A model generated the notes under the pieces. It saw only the letters and a list, made by a program, of their open reading frames with translations, made no database searches and had not been told where the DNA came from. A stretch of 63,722 nucleotides of DNA, the filler included, from Diploschistes diacapsis (taxonomy: Eukaryota), in the NCBI GenBank assembly GCA_023645945.1. It is 12 parts of 12 records of this genome, joined end to end, with 100 filler letters (N's around TTAATTAATTAA, not from the genome) between each part and the next. Parts side by side here need not be neighbours in the genome. Positions count along the whole stretch, not along the records: positions 36,355 to 39,698 come from JALAIB010001946.1; positions 39,799 to 43,137 come from JALAIB010001947.1; positions 43,238 to 46,575 come from JALAIB010001948.1; positions 46,676 to 50,009 come from JALAIB010001949.1; positions 50,110 to 53,443 come from JALAIB010001950.1; 7 more parts are not named here. The stretch is one strand, 5' to 3'. Shown one piece after another: positions 39,488-53,337 of this stretch. Made by a program: the position numbers and the translations under genes. The stretch's first letter is position 1; every line of letters begins with the position of its first letter.

Positions 39488-39698
39488 ACGTATATACATA
39501 GCGAGCGGACACTTATAGCGAGCGGACACCCTTCTCGATTGGTACGAGTTACAACTATATTTATACAATTAATTCTTACGATAATTTATTATATTAATTA
39601 TTAATATCTTTTTTAAAAGCTATAGATTCTATTTTATAAGTTCGCGTATTATATTCGGATTAATTATATTTATTATAACGTCGTACGCGTAATCCGAT
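39488..39698 (+). mobile_element. Fot1/pogo-type DNA transposon end
   Basis: TA|ACGT start followed by the direct repeat TAGCGAGCGGACAC x2, then RIP-like AT-rich sequence to the contig end. Confidence 0.65.
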
Positions 39699-39798
39699 NN
39701 NNNNNNNNNNNNNNNNNNNNNNNNNNNNNNNNNNNNNNNNNNTTAATTAATTAANNNNNNNNNNNNNNNNNNNNNNNNNNNNNNNNNNNNNNNNNNNN

Positions 39799-40155
39799 GT
39801 GGAGGAGGTGAAGGAGAGGCGAGGGTCCAGGGGCGTTAGGGGTAAGCTGACCGATGAGGATGGTAACGGGGCAAGGGGAGAGAATGAGGAGCACATCGGA
39901 GGGCTGGGGCTGGAGGAGGAAAGTCGATGGCTGCTCATGGGGGAACCCGTCGCTGCGGGGGAAGCGGGTGGACTTGGACAATTAAGGAACAGCACAGCGA
40001 TGCAGGACGGAAGGAAAGGTCAGCGCGAGCTTGGGGCGGGTGTGATTGTTGGGATGGGGGAGCCAAGCTGGGAGGTGGAGCTCGAGGGCCAGATGTGGAG
40101 GGTCGGCGTGAGGTGGTGCGTGTGCTCGCCACGGGAGAAGAGAGGGGGGTCTTAG
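39799..40155 (+). CDS. 3' end of an uncharacterised fungal gene (5' part cut off at contig start)
   Basis: Frame is open from the contig start and ends ..IVGMGEPSWEVELEGQMWRVGVRW..; GC-rich. No function recognised. Confidence 0.45.
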   Translation: MEEVKERRGSRGVRGKLTDEDGNGARGENEEHIGGLGLEEESRWLLMGEPVAAGEAGGLGQLRNSTAMQDGRKGQRELGAGVIVGMGEPSWEVELEGQMWRVGVRWCVCSPREKRGGS

Positions 40156-41253
40156 ATGTATGAGCAGTTGAGGAGCCGGGTTTGGTTGGGTAAACAAGCA
40201 GGGGCCTGTACCCGAGATATCTACCTACATCCCAGGCTGTACAGGGATGCCGTGTATGTAGATTTACAACAGGGACAGCAGGCGACATCGGCTACTACCA
40301 CCGTCTGCTTAAAGACCAAACCCACAGTATGTGTTTAGACCCTGTGATATGCTCGGCGCTTGCTCTCGAGTCCTAATGCGTAGCAACTTGAGGATCGCTG
40401 GAGATCTCGACGAGCTGCACTGCCATACTGACAATATCCTTTCCGTTCGGTTCTTAATCAAGTGGGAATGGTGCACTTTGAGCATCAGGGTTTGGGCTGC
40501 AGCGTTGTCTGCCCGATCGGAGTCGTTTACTTTCGGAGCTTAGAAACCGCAACGATGCGCATTTGTAAGTAAAGGTGGTTTTTCAACGCCATAGATGATG
40601 CACCGAAACAAGGCCTACATACAGAACAGTCGATTTTGAGTCCGGCCAAGCCAGCCGCCTTTAAGACTCGGACAGCAAAAAAATTCGTCAGCGCCGTTGC
40701 TCGCAGTTTTTAACCCAAAGGGGTTAAGCTGTAGCGAAGCGGATTGACGCAAGCCTCGACTTCAAAGCTTCATCATGGCTGACAAAAATCATTCTAAGCC
40801 TGCCTGTGGTAGGTAATCCACCCCCGATTGTCTGAGAACCTTTTCACTGACAAAGCATTGCAAAGCAGAAACCAAATGCAGGTCGCTGCAAATATTGAGG
40901 CTTTGGTAGAGGAATGTAGCGGTTAAGCTGCAGGATGGTTTAGCCAAGCTTCTCCAGAACGCCGTCTGCAAAACCGCGGATCATACCTCCACAGAATGTT
41001 GAGACATTCGGTCTTTGGTAGACTGACTCGGCATGACCGTGACCCGAGCAGTCTACTACGTAGGGAAGTGAGGATCGAGACTCAGTGGTGGTGGCCCTCA
41101 TGAATGCCGGCACAAAAGCATACATAAAGGCCCTCCCGCTCCATCTGCTGTAATGAACTTTACCATCACGAGCTCTATTCAGAACATACTAGGTTTTAGC
41201 TGCGCCCAAACTTCCCCCAGAATTATCAAAGCTCTCAACAACCCCCTCTAAAG

Positions 41254-42243
41254 ATGTCCAAAAAGCTTCTCACCATCTTCGGTGCTACCGGTAACCAAGG
41301 CGGTAGCATCATTTCCGTCCTCCTCTCCCACAAGACCCTCTCCAACAAGTACTCCATCAGGGCCATTACCCGCGACACTTCGAAGCCGGCTGCTCAAGAC
41401 CTCAAGTCCAAAGGCTGCGAAGTCGTCGCCGCCGACCTGTCCTCTCCCTCCTCCCTCGATGCTGCCGTCGCTGGCTCATACGGCGTCTTCGCCGTAACGA
41501 ACTATTGGGAGGCCTTGTCCAAGGACGTCGAGTACTCCCAGGGCAAAGCCGTGGTCGACGCCTGTAGCAAGGCCGGGGTCCAACACCTCGTCTGGTCCTC
41601 TCTGCCACATACCACCCAGCTCACGAACGGCCAGCTCAGCCAGATCGACCACTTCGTCGCCAAGGCCGAGGTCGAGGAGTACATCGAGGCGAACAAGCAC
41701 AAGGCCAAGACGCAACACGACGGGGGATCCATGTGGGGAAGCTACTACATGCCCGCCTTCTTCATGTCCAACTTCGAGAATATGATGATCAACCCTGGCC
41801 CGGACGGCATCCCCACGTACTCCGCGCCCTACTCGCCGGACACGAAGCAAGCCCTCATCGACATCCGCGCCGACACGGGCAAATACGTGCTTGGCCTCTT
41901 CGAAGCCGGACACGCGGCGGACGGGAAGCGCGTCAACGGCGTCAGCGAGTGGAGCACGCCGCAGGCCATTGTGGACACGTTTACTAAATATGGAGGTACC
42001 GAGGTAAAGTTCGCGCAGTTCCCGCGGGATGTGTATAAGGGCTTTCTTGAGCCCAAGATGGGCGCGTACGTGGCGGAGGAGATGACGCAGAACCTGGAGC
42101 TAATTGGCGAGTGGAGCTACTACGGCAAGGGCGAGGAGAAGAAGCAGGCGGAGAGCGATAAGTTTTTGTTGCAGGGTACCAAATTGACGAGCTTCAGGGA
42201 GTTTGTGGAGGCAGGGAAGCCGTGGAAGTGGGGCGGACAGTGA
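41254..42243 (+). CDS. NmrA-like NAD(P)-binding protein (atypical SDR)
   Basis: Intronless 329-aa ORF with IFGATGNQGGS, IRAITRD, YGVFAVTNYW, VWSSL, HFVAKAEVE and strong GC3 bias. Confidence 0.93.
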   Translation: MSKKLLTIFGATGNQGGSIISVLLSHKTLSNKYSIRAITRDTSKPAAQDLKSKGCEVVAADLSSPSSLDAAVAGSYGVFAVTNYWEALSKDVEYSQGKAVVDACSKAGVQHLVWSSLPHTTQLTNGQLSQIDHFVAKAEVEEYIEANKHKAKTQHDGGSMWGSYYMPAFFMSNFENMMINPGPDGIPTYSAPYSPDTKQALIDIRADTGKYVLGLFEAGHAADGKRVNGVSEWSTPQAIVDTFTKYGGTEVKFAQFPRDVYKGFLEPKMGAYVAEEMTQNLELIGEWSYYGKGEEKKQAESDKFLLQGTKLTSFREFVEAGKPWKWGGQ

Positions 42244-43522
42244 GCGAGCGGTTGGAGTGAGCAGCAAAGAAAAGCGTTTGAGAAACGGATAGCGGAATGG
42301 AGCTAAGAGTCAAATTGATATGTCCGATAGAGCTGATTTTGCAGATGGTCTATATCCAGATTTTCTGCTAGCATCAACCTCCACCACAACTGTCCTACGC
42401 CCCTTTTCTAGTCCACAACACCCCAAACACCCTGCCCAACCCAACGTACAAGACCCGCTAGCCCTTTACCTCCAGCATCTCTTCCAAGTGCTCGGCCGCA
42501 TCCCTCATCTTCCCAGTTATGCTTGCTCCGCCATAACCCTTCCCCCCCCCCCTTCCTCATCATCCCACTTTCGGCCCATCCTGCTCCGCTCCATCCAAAC
42601 ATTAAGGAAGTCAAGCCAAACATCGCCGAGCAAGTCCAGCTTCAAAACCCAACAACCACCTCCCAGGAGAAAGGGAAGATAAGTATAACAACATGAACAA
42701 CAATAATAGGCAGGGTGCCAAAACACCTCCGGGGGCTCTCCGGTACTTCTACTACGCATCCCAAGCCCCGGTCTAAGCTACCCTACCCAAAGCAGCAAAG
42801 AGCAATGGGGGCAAAAAAAAAAAACCAAGTTCCAGAACGACGACGTCGTCGTGTGTGTACGTAAGTTAGATAGACACGAGCCCCCCACAGCCCCAGTCGG
42901 AGCGAGAAAAAAAACAGCTTGTGAGCTGTCAGTGTCCGAGATTTGCCACGAGGCTTTTTCCCGCACAACCCCCCCGCCGCAGCAGCGGGGCCGGGAAGGG
43001 TACTTTGCTCAATCGGTTCGGGTCTGTAGGCATCATCCCGGCCAGGAGCCAAAAAAAAACCCAGCGCTTGGAGATCGGGGATCGCCGGTTCCGTAGATCT
43101 TTAGCCCACAGGATCCGAGTGCGGGGGGGAAGGGGGGNNNNNNNNNNNNNNNNNNNNNNNNNNNNNNNNNNNNNNNNNNNNTTAATTAATTAANNNNNNN
43201 NNNNNNNNNNNNNNNNNNNNNNNNNNNNNNNNNNNNNGCGTGGTTGTGATTGAAAAGAAGGGAAGGAAGTGATTGGGGGTTTGGGGGGGTTAAGGACGAT
43301 CGCAAGCGTGAGGGAGAAGTTATACGTTGATTCAGATGATTCCATGGCTCAAAAGATTCATTCCATCAAAAAGTTTTCCTTCGATGCTTATGGAGCACGT
43401 TTATTGGGTCTTATCTGTGCAGCAACTCTCGGAGCTTCTCTGAAAGGAGTTTTGAACGTATAGTAGCTGTATGCTCGCCTGTCACATTCTACCTGCTCGC
43501 CTACACCACCCTCATCGAATAT

Positions 43523-44628
43523 CTATGCCGCACACAACCAAAAGGGAAGCAGGGCGTCCTCAAAAGCCAAATACAGCGCCCCTAGCTTTCCGCATGGCCC
43601 TGAGCGGGCGACATCCGCACCACCTACCAACCTCGATTGTAGTTTTACTTTACACATTGCCCCACTCGCAAGCACCTCAGTTCCGATCGCCCACGCCCGA
43701 TCAGGGTCTATACCTGTCTCCACAACCCCATGGCCAAGCGGCAACGGGAAAGACATCGGCGCCGGTCCAATCGCGAAGGGATCCTCGGTACCATACCCGC
43801 CGACGGGGCCCAGCCGTCTCCACAGCCCTGTGACCAGGAGGCAGAGGGGCTCTTCGGCACTGTACTCATCAACGAGTTTATCACGCTCCACAGCTGTATG
43901 GCCATGGGGCAAGGGGGAAAGACGTCGGCTCCGGGTCCGATGTCCAAGGGGGCGTTTCCGAATCATACCCATCCCGGAGACTTGGCCCGACCGCCGTTTG
44001 CCGGGACCGCCCTCGACGAAAGCACAGCTAATAGCGACCGCGTCCGGGTCGCTGCACGGCATCATCGTCGGCGGCGGCGCAGCAGCCGCCCTCGCATATG
44101 AAGAGCGTGCAGGCGACGTTGCCGCGTGTGGATCCTCAGACTCTGGCACGCCGACGCGTGCCAGGGCGCCTTGGAGCCCAGCTGGATGGGTCCTGTTCAC
44201 GAAGCATGGGGCTCTTGTACTTGACCCATTCGTGCTGCTGATGCTGCTGCTGCTGCTGCTGCTCGAAGTCGAAGAAGTAGTCGGCCACACGACGCCGGGG
44301 ACCTGGAACAGGGCGGACTCACCGGCGACGGTGTCGCGCGACAGGTTGTGGCTGGCGTAGACCTGGTCGAAGGGCGTTGGATTGCGAGCAGTAGAGGTCT
44401 GTGGTCGAGCTTTCGCCGGTGCAAGTCGCCGTTGGTGTGGAGGGTTAGACTGGCGTTGGCCTTGTTTGTGGCCTCTGATGCGGTCGTTCGTGGGGGTGTT
44501 TCCCGGAGGAAAGCCGGCGCCCAGGCGGGTTCAGGCGAAGACGCTCTACGATCGTAGAGGTCGATTTCCGCACGGACTAGTAGAGAAAAGTGGAAGAAGA
44601 ATATGGAGATCAGGAAAGGTAATCCCAT
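43523..44628 (-). pseudogene. Possible secreted-protein gene or remnant; reading frame unresolved
   Basis: Signal-peptide-like start MGLPFLISIFFFHFSLLVRA at 44628, then GC-rich sequence with a Ser-rich tract in a different frame. No recognisable domain. Confidence 0.25.
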
Positions 44629-44899
44629 GGCTGAGAACATCTTCGGGGTCTTCTTTACGAGACTCAGTTATAGCACACAATGGGAAAGGATAGATAGGTT
44701 GTCCCTTTGGGATTTCGAGGCATATGCCCCGTACTAGCAGAGCCCTGCTCTTTAACCTAAACCGGCCTGCAAACTCCCCGAAAACCGACTCCGGTTTGTG
44801 ATTCAATTTGTCCATGGTTTGCGGGGAGGGAGAGGATAAGGCAAGAAATACACCTTCAGAGCTTGATATAATCAATGGACTGTAAGTAGAGGAAGCATT

Positions 44900-46575
44900 T
44901 AGGTGTCCGCATAAAATCGGGCGCAGTTATTCTGACGGAAATTAATTTTTTTTATTCCTTTAAGCCTAATAAGGCAGGTGACTCCCGCGCACCCGCGGTA
45001 TTTTAAAATATATATAAATTATATAGAATTATCAGTATTTTTAATTTTTTTATTATATAATTTTAATTATATTTTATTAATAAATATGTAGATAAACGCG
45101 ATATAATTTTATAAATTTTTTTAATTCTTTTCTACCGTTTTAACGCCCGTCTTTATCGTTAGTTTTTTTTCGTACGTCGATAGTTCTGTTTAATTATTAT
45201 CGATAGCGAATTTTTCCGCCTTTTTTTTTATTTACGATTTTATAGTCCCGTCTTGTCGTAATTAAGATTTCGTTTCCGAGCGTTACGTTCACGGTATCTT
45301 TTTAATTCTCGCTCGTAAGTCTTTTATTGTTTTTTTCCGTATCGTGCCGGTAATATTAATTAACGCGGTTATTTAACCGCGTATCGTGATATTTTAAACG
45401 TCCGACGTTTCGCCGATAAGGTTTTTTTCGAAACGTTAGAACGTTTCGTCGAAAAAAGAAAGAAATTCTTTTTATTATAATCATAATTAATTTAATAACG
45501 TAAAGGGGAGAGGGATTTATTTATAATCGGCGCGTCCGAGACGCCGCGAGTTCTTTCTTATTATTTTATTAAAGACGTTCGACTTCTAAATCTTTATAAA
45601 TCTCGAAGCCGGCGTCCTCGAATATCCCGACAAGCTCCGTTTAAATCCTATCCGTAAATACGTTTTTAAAGACGTATTTATACTATCAAACATGTTTATA
45701 GAGGAGCTGATAGCTCCGCTAAAATAAATAGTCGCAGCGAACAACGTCGGCGCATTTACGGGTGCGCGATAGAACGACGTCGCCGTTGAATATATAAATG
45801 GTTTTGATTATTATTTTATATTTTAACGCGTCCCGGGTTATCTTCTTTTTTTTATTAAGATTAACGACGTATAGGTCGATAGTTTATTTTTTTCGTCATC
45901 GGCGATATCGGAAAGTTTTTATCGTTTTATAACGATCTCGAAAGGATTAGACGTTATTAACGAAAGATTATAAAATAATTTATTACGCGGCGGAAAGCGT
46001 AAATTTCTCGTTTACGATAAAGAGACGTTCCCGTTACGCGACGAGATTCTCGAAAAAGGTATAAAGATCGAAAAACGGCGTCGAGAAGCGAGAAGGGACG
46101 GCGGAAAAAGAAAGTGAGGGGGTAAAAATTAACGATCTGTAAAGGATGAAATGCAGTAGTGTGATAGTAATGGTCATAGTATTCATGAACTAATCTCTAG
46201 AAAAGAAAAGAGGAGATCCCTTTATAAAAACTTTTCTTATAATTTGCGGCCTTGGAGCGGCCTTAACGCGGCGTTAGGATTAAGTTCCTCCGCTTGCCCG
46301 AAAGATTATTATAATTATTTATTATAATTACTTTTTTTTTTTTTAGTTTTAAACTTTTAGAGCCGTTGTTTATATTTATTTAAAAATTTTCGTAGAATTC
46401 TCGATGTATTTCCGTTAATTCCGCGGAAGGATAGCGGGTACGTGCTCGTTATTAAACGAGAAAGTTATCGGCACGGTTTCGGTTAATTAATATACGGGTT
46501 AATATCGGTCCTTCGATACGTATAACGCGGATATATAAATCACGGGTATTTATAAATTATAACATATAATAATTT
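44900..46575. repeat. RIP-mutated AT-rich repeat-derived sequence
   Basis: Abrupt switch to TpA-rich, CpA-poor, CpG-retaining DNA with no ORFs. Confidence 0.7.
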
Positions 46576-49500
46576 NNNNNNNNNNNNNNNNNNNNNNNNN
46601 NNNNNNNNNNNNNNNNNNNTTAATTAATTAANNNNNNNNNNNNNNNNNNNNNNNNNNNNNNNNNNNNNNNNNNNNGGGGGGAGGAAAGTTGACAGTCGAT
46701 GATGAATCATGGGAACGGGCATGGGTGTGGATAGGATGGTCAAATCACATGCCTTGGGAAGGACTCACGTGGTTTGCAAAGAGGTGAGTGAAAGTGGAGA
46801 GCATGCGGTGAAGGAAGGAAGTATTTTATGGCGCCTGGTGTGTGGACTCGCACGGTACGTGTAGGCAGATGTTATTCCCCAACTTACTCGTATGAGGCAA
46901 GGGGTAGGTAAGCACGGCGCTACGAACAATCCGAATGCTAGGCGAGTTCAAACACCAGCGAGAAAGTGGAAATGTGCGCTTGTGTTCGTGTTTCCTCACA
47001 GCCAACACATAATCGCACGTCTTTCTCTCGACTGTGATGGTGACAGTGTACAGCTCACAGCTGGCCCGAGCTCTTCCCTCACGATAACACATAGTAGCTA
47101 GATGTACAATTCCCTCCCTCTCATCGGCCCTGCCAAACGATCGCGAGCCTCCCGATACCCGGCCCAACCTCGCGCGAACATCCCCCCCCTTTTACTTAGA
47201 CGGTTGCATCTAAAGGCCGGCAGCACGAGCGGCTAGCCGTTGGACACAGCCTGAAGGCATGTGTAGCCAAGGCACATACACATCTTTCGGGCCTTTGGGC
47301 TTGGCCTCCTGGATTTGTATCCTGAGATGCATCCACTGCTCCTGTCTCTCGAGCTCAAGTGCCATCCAGCCCCTTGCATATCACGGCCTCCTGAGCGGGC
47401 TGGTGGGCGTTCAACTCCGTTCGATGTTGCTACCACGTTGCAGTGGCTGCAGGCAGAGTCCTGGTAGAAGTAGATAACCTAGTTGGCTGATTCCAAGTTG
47501 GTTGGGGGAGCAAGTTACTGGGTACTTTATGTTGCTCAGCTCATGGTAGCCGTACCTACTGAAAGCTCCAGTGCTCAAGAGGCCTCTGCCGCCATATCTG
47601 TAATAGAAGTAGCTACTATACTATCCCATAGGTTTGAATCCTTCTAAGGCTTAAAGCGTCTTTAGCCTCCTTCATGGAGAGCGAGATGTCGGTGACCCTG
47701 GAATATTTCTTTTATGCCTGCGAAGTCCCAACTTCGATGTCTGCTGGATGCCTCTATTCTGTCCTGTGCCTATCGCCGTGCTTCTGTTGCTGGGTGATCC
47801 ACATATGAGTGCTCTTTCTAATCTATTCTGATTTGGATCGACTCGCAGAGCTCTACCCTGGTTCTTGTTTGGTCTAGGAATTTCCACCATCGCTAGATCT
47901 GTTTGGGAGAATGGCAGAAACGTTCTGCTCACACCTTCGTTTTACTGTACTTTTTTGGTGAGACCGGCTCGTTCTGCTACTGCTACTGTTTCTCCTATGT
48001 CCTACTTATTACGTCTAGGAGGGTCAGTAGCAAATATCCTCAAACTGGGCATGCATCTTGTTATCTTTTCTCGTACTTTTTCTGTTGTGCCACCTTGGAT
48101 CTAGATCAAATCTCCTGGGATTCGTTACATCATCATACGTTGTATTAGCCATTTCTGAGCTTGTTTACAGGCCTGTCCGGTTTTTCCTCAATAGCTCTAG
48201 CCGGTATGGCTCCTGGCGGCCATCTAGCCAAGCCCCCCAAGTACCTATTCACAGCGCAGGCTGCATTGCCCATCGTATTCCTCATTGGTACCTGACTGAG
48301 CTTGGGCTGGAATGCCCTGGTCGTAGTTTAAATCATCCCATAACCCGGAACAACATCTATACTGCTGCCTACAACGTAGGCATAGACCGACAGCTTTCCA
48401 TGGCATTTTGGTCGAAACAGAGAGTTCTCGCTCCTTGGATAACTCGGGGCACCTCGGAGCTGGCGCTCATGGCATTCAACGTGCGGCTGGGACGATAAGT
48501 CTTGTCTTTTTTTATATTAACACACACGCACGCATGCACGCACGCCTTATGTTCCATGTTTTGTTGCCTTAAACGGCATGTTCGGCAGGTTTTTTCCTTG
48601 CGCATGTGTGATTTTTCTCTTTATCTTGAGGTATCGTGCCATTTGTGCTCGGAGCTGATTGGGTCCTGCCGCTTCGGCTTTCTGTTCTTCGTTTCCTAGC
48701 ATTGCTCTCGCTCTGATTTGCCGGTGTTAGTGACCAATAAGTACTCCCAAGCTGTCAAGCCCAAACTCATAGTCTTACAACTCACCCGTTTCTCTACTCC
48801 GCAGGGTTTTCCCAGCCTCAAATATGGAGTGGTGCTAAGGGGTGTGTGCAATTAAAAGGTGGGATAGCACCTATGGAAGGTCCCGTTTCTCTAATTTCTT
48901 CTTTTATACGTGCGTTGACATCGTCAAGCTGTTGTTTTCCTTCCGTGGTGCTCCCTTTCCATGATTATCTCTTATCAAGCCCGTTTACTGTGCACCCGAG
49001 TAGGTGGCTATTGGCCAGAAGCTGCAACCTCGTCCACCAAGCTTGAGTTCAAGCTTCTTTCCTTCCTGCTGGTGTCCCTGGTGATTTCACTACTACGTGC
49101 TATTGGGTGGAGATGAGTGCCTAACGCGTTTTAGCTTCTGTCTACTTTTGCGTCCTGCTCTACAATATTCTCTAACTCTTTATTCATTTTGGCATATCGC
49201 TGTAGGGTCTCTTTCTCAGCCTCCTCCTGTTAGAACCGCGGGTGGGGAAATTAGTAGGGAGAGATCCCCTACCCAAGTCGTTCAGCGCACTTGCTGATGA
49301 ATCCTCCTCGACCAGAGAATTGATACGAGACCTGTGTATGTTGTCATGGTACCCGCAATCACACTGATTTACCTGGCTCTCTATCAGGAAAAACCTTGGA
49401 AAAGCTCCTTCTTGAGTCTCCTGTGGCTCTTACTCTGCTCTATTACTCCTAATGTCTTCAGTGCCTTGGCCGTGCAATTCCAACGTGTGAATTGGGATAA

Positions 49501-50109
49501 GCAGTTGAGTACCTGCTGTAGTTGCACAGAGGTAGTACCTGGCAATTCTACCAGACCCTGCTCGGCTTTGTTATCTGCAGATGTGCTTAGATAGCATCCC
49601 TTCCCTAATAGAAACCAGTTATGCATTCCGTCCCGGGTAGCTGGCCGGGTAATCGACTTGTCGACCGCAGGGTACTTTGAAAATCACTTCTCGTATGTTT
49701 TCTTGCAGATACCGAAATTGGGAAGCTCCCCCCAGGGTAACCACGACCGACTCTCAAGGCCCTTCTGAATATTCTTGACCATAACGAGACAAGATTCCTA
49801 AGACCGGCTGCTTTGTAGAACAGGAATGTATAAGTAGGGAGGCCGGATTGTCTTCGAGTTATCCACGCCAACGCCCGTTTATGCCAGCCACCTACCTATC
49901 GAGAGCCTTGCTCGCAGCTCGAAGAATAGCTGCATCACTTCTGTATAGCCCTGTAGATACAGCTTGCAAGATGGCAAGGAAACTTCCTTCTCGCCGCTTA
50001 TAGTCGTCCNNNNNNNNNNNNNNNNNNNNNNNNNNNNNNNNNNNNNNNNNNNNTTAATTAATTAANNNNNNNNNNNNNNNNNNNNNNNNNNNNNNNNNNN
50101 NNNNNNNNN

Positions 50110-51226
50110 GATCGGGGGGGAGGGAGGTTTACCAAGGTGGTGGTCGTATTCTTGTACGGGCTTCTCGCTTGGGGTGCGGATGTCAAATTGGACGATTTTG
50201 TTGTCGCTGGTTCCGGCTAGGAATTCTTGGCCGCCGTTTGAGGGCTGGAATTTGATCACGTGCGGGATTTTGCCGGTCGTGAAGCGCGCGTTGCACTTTC
50301 CGTACTCGGTGTCCCAGAGCTTCATTTGCCGGTCGAAGGAGGCGGAGAGGAAGTGCGAGCCGGATGGGTTGAAGTCTGTGGCGGTCACTGCTTTCGTATG
50401 GCCAGAGAATGTGCGAAGGAGTTCACGCTCGTGGTAGACGTCCCAGAGCTTGATCTTCGTGTCGGCTGATGAGGATAGGAGGAGGTGTCTTAGATCAATG
50501 ATCAGCATACTATGAGAGCAACAAATGTCCTGAACCTACCCCGAACTAGGGAAGAAGTTGAGAGACGTTATGGCTTTTGTGTGAGAGCGCCACGTATGGA
50601 TGAGTTTGCTCGGTATGTAGTTTTTCGCACTCTCTGGTCGCTCTCCACGCAGGTCGATGGAGAGGTCTTGTGGGACATGCATATATGTGCGACTTCCGCG
50701 CAGTTAGCTAACATCTGCGTGTGGATGAAACAGCTCACCCCTGGTAGTCGAACTGTTCCGCACCGTGGAATTCCGTGCTCTCGGTATTTATGTCGTCTGA
50801 AGCATAAGCTGTACTGGCCTGTGGCATCGGCGCTGCAGGGTGTGTAGGAATAAGAGAATTTTCTTCTTCATACTCCTCATCGCTCGCTAGGGAAGCCGAT
50901 TCTTCGGAGTATTGGTCTGGTTTGTCATGTTAACATGTGGAACGAAGAAGGGACAGAGAAGGGAAATGGGCATCTGTACCATCCTCCCCCTCGAATTTTC
51001 CCCATGGACCAGTATAAGCTCCTGGCCCTGACACGATACTTGCGTCTCCCTTCTGCCTCTTCTTGCGCGGGACATCGTCAGATTTCGACTGGCGTGCGAG
51101 ATGTTTCCGGTGTCCTGTCTTGAATGTGATGTCGCTAACGGCAATTTCTTCCGCATATCCTGTCAGCACATTCTTTCGTTTCCGAGACTCTGCGGCGCTG
51201 CCGGTGGGGTAAGGTTGAAGAGCCAT
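50110..51226 (-). CDS. CDC40: Pre-mRNA splicing factor Prp17/Cdc40 (WD40), 3'-truncated at contig end
   Basis: NVLTGYAEE, GAYTGPWG, GRTYMHVPQDL, YIPSKLIHTWRSHTKAITSLNFFPSSG/HLLLSSSADTKIKLWDVYHERELLRTFSGH and QEYDHHLG. Confidence 0.92.
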
Positions 51227-51936
51227 GCCTGAGGAAGTTGGCGGGGATAAGCTTTCGACTCACTTGTAGAGCTCAGAGCACTTTACTCTATTGAGGCTAG
51301 CTCGATACGCTCAGATGTGTAAATTACAGACCTATCGTTAAGTTGTCACATCAAGATCACGGGGAATACGACATCGAAGACGATACCACACTCATTTCAA
51401 TTATTAGGAAGTACATAGATCCATCAGGGTTTCATAGCTGTTCAAACCCTGCAAGCGATAATTACAGTGCGCTGTCGAGGCGTCTAGAGTACCCGAAATA
51501 TACTTATCTGATGGCGGCTGGGGTAAGATGGTTACAGGATGATTTCCAGAAAAACTAAGCAGACTTTCCCAAGACTGAACCTTTATCATTATTTGTACAC
51601 GAAAAACGAGTTGAAACCCGTAGCCCAGGTTCAGCTGAAAATTGTTACTTCCTACTTGAGCATCCACTCATTAGACATTGCCATCGAGGTAAATACAATC
51701 CTGAGTCCGCAGCCACCTAGTCATTCCAATTCTCCGACTGCCTCTCTATCGTTGTATTGCACAAAATAAGAAAAGTTCGTGTAGTGTCGCATAATGAAGA
51801 CAGCGACTTGAAGTTGGTACCTGTTTCTCTTCTCCCGAAGTGCTCGCCCTCTTCCCTCGTTCCCCGTCCGCCCTTGTTATTGGCTTCATCCAAGCCCAGA
51901 GCCATGCTTCATGCGCTTGCCGGTAGTTTCGCGTAG

Positions 51937-52505
51937 TCAGTGCGATTCATCCCGGATGAGGGCCACGATCATGCTGTAGAGGTAGAAGAAAAACATGACG
52001 AGGTGAAAGCCGAGCTTGATAAACGATTCCTAAGATGCATGAGTCTCAGTTTCCTTCTATGTTGTTCGGCATGTTTACCTTTTTATGCACATTCAACTTT
52101 CTGAAGATCTCCGTGGCGTCAAGCAGGTGCTGACCCTCGTATATCCTGAACTATTTAGCTATCCTGCCAAACATAATCTTAAAGCATTGACTGACTTCTT
52201 GGCGTTGAAGGCAAGGAGAGGAAGATTGAGTCCCAGAGCGAGCCAGTATCCGTTGATGAGGAACAGTACTGTCAAGAAGGCGTGTACGGCGGCTTCGGGG
52301 ATAATATACGTGTTGAGTCTGTTGCACAAGTCGATAGGGTTGATGTAATCACTAAGGATCATGGGTGAGCAATCTCGGATTTGAGCCTACATATGGACAC
52401 ATACCATTCCAGATCGCTGTACATGATCGTAAAGAATACCTGGAGGAACAGATTGACGGCATTTATAAGTACCGCCAGCAGGTATAGCCAAGCCTCGCCG
52501 GACAT
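51937..52505 (-). CDS. ERV14: Cornichon-family ER cargo receptor Erv14 (spliced)
   Basis: [78 protein letters not shown]. Confidence 0.95.
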
Positions 52506-53050
52506 CATTGCTATCGACTGTGCTAGTATATTTCAGGCCTCCTATGCGGAATAAGTCGTTTAGGTCTTTCCAACAGCAAGGCTTGTATGAAGTAGATATG
52601 CGGTGGATATGCGCCGAGAAGCGAAGTATAGATTTCGATAACGGGCAACGAAACACTGAACAGTCGGGATTAAAATCTATAGCATAAGCGGGTCTGTTCT
52701 CAGGGCGTTAGGAATCTAGAAACACTGTTCTGTTAAACACAGACTGCTATAAAGGTATGGCAGACCAGGGCAACAAGGAACCCGCGGCAGAAGAAGCACA
52801 TATTCATGTTTAGACAGCTCTGCCAAGGGGACAGAAATCTGCGTCGCCCTCACTCCCCTTATGGATTAGGGTGAGCGCCGCCCTAACGTCGCGCGAGTCG
52901 GATGCTCGTCTCGCGACACAGCTAAATTACGGATAAATTTCAGCTAATCTAGAATGACCCTGGTTGATCCTTAAATAAACCCTAAAGGATCTTGAATGTT
53001 TAATTATGTATCGAAAATAAAAGATGATAATTATTATTTAAACATTTATA

Positions 53051-53337
53051 ACGTGTTTGACGGTCAGCTCGGCCACCCCCAAAGCTCGGCCACTTTTGCC
53101 AAGAAATATTTTAAATCTTTAATAACTCTTCGAATTTAATCGTTATTTTTGATTTTTCTTCGAAACATTACTATTATCTCAATCATCTAACATATCCGAA
53201 AAATGCACATTAATTATGTCAGCATTTGTTTTTTTAAAGCGAATTGAAAATAACGACTCGAAAATACGTATTATTTTATCGTTCAAATTCGGTCATAACG
53301 CAGCAAAAAATATGTTTTTTGAATATATCATTATAAG
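53051..53337 (+). mobile_element. Fot1/pogo-type element end, interrupted by a hAT-like end at 53338
   Basis: TA|ACGTGTTT start with internal repeat GCTCGGCCAC x2; about 160 bp homologous to the reverse complement of 53544-53703. Confidence 0.7.
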
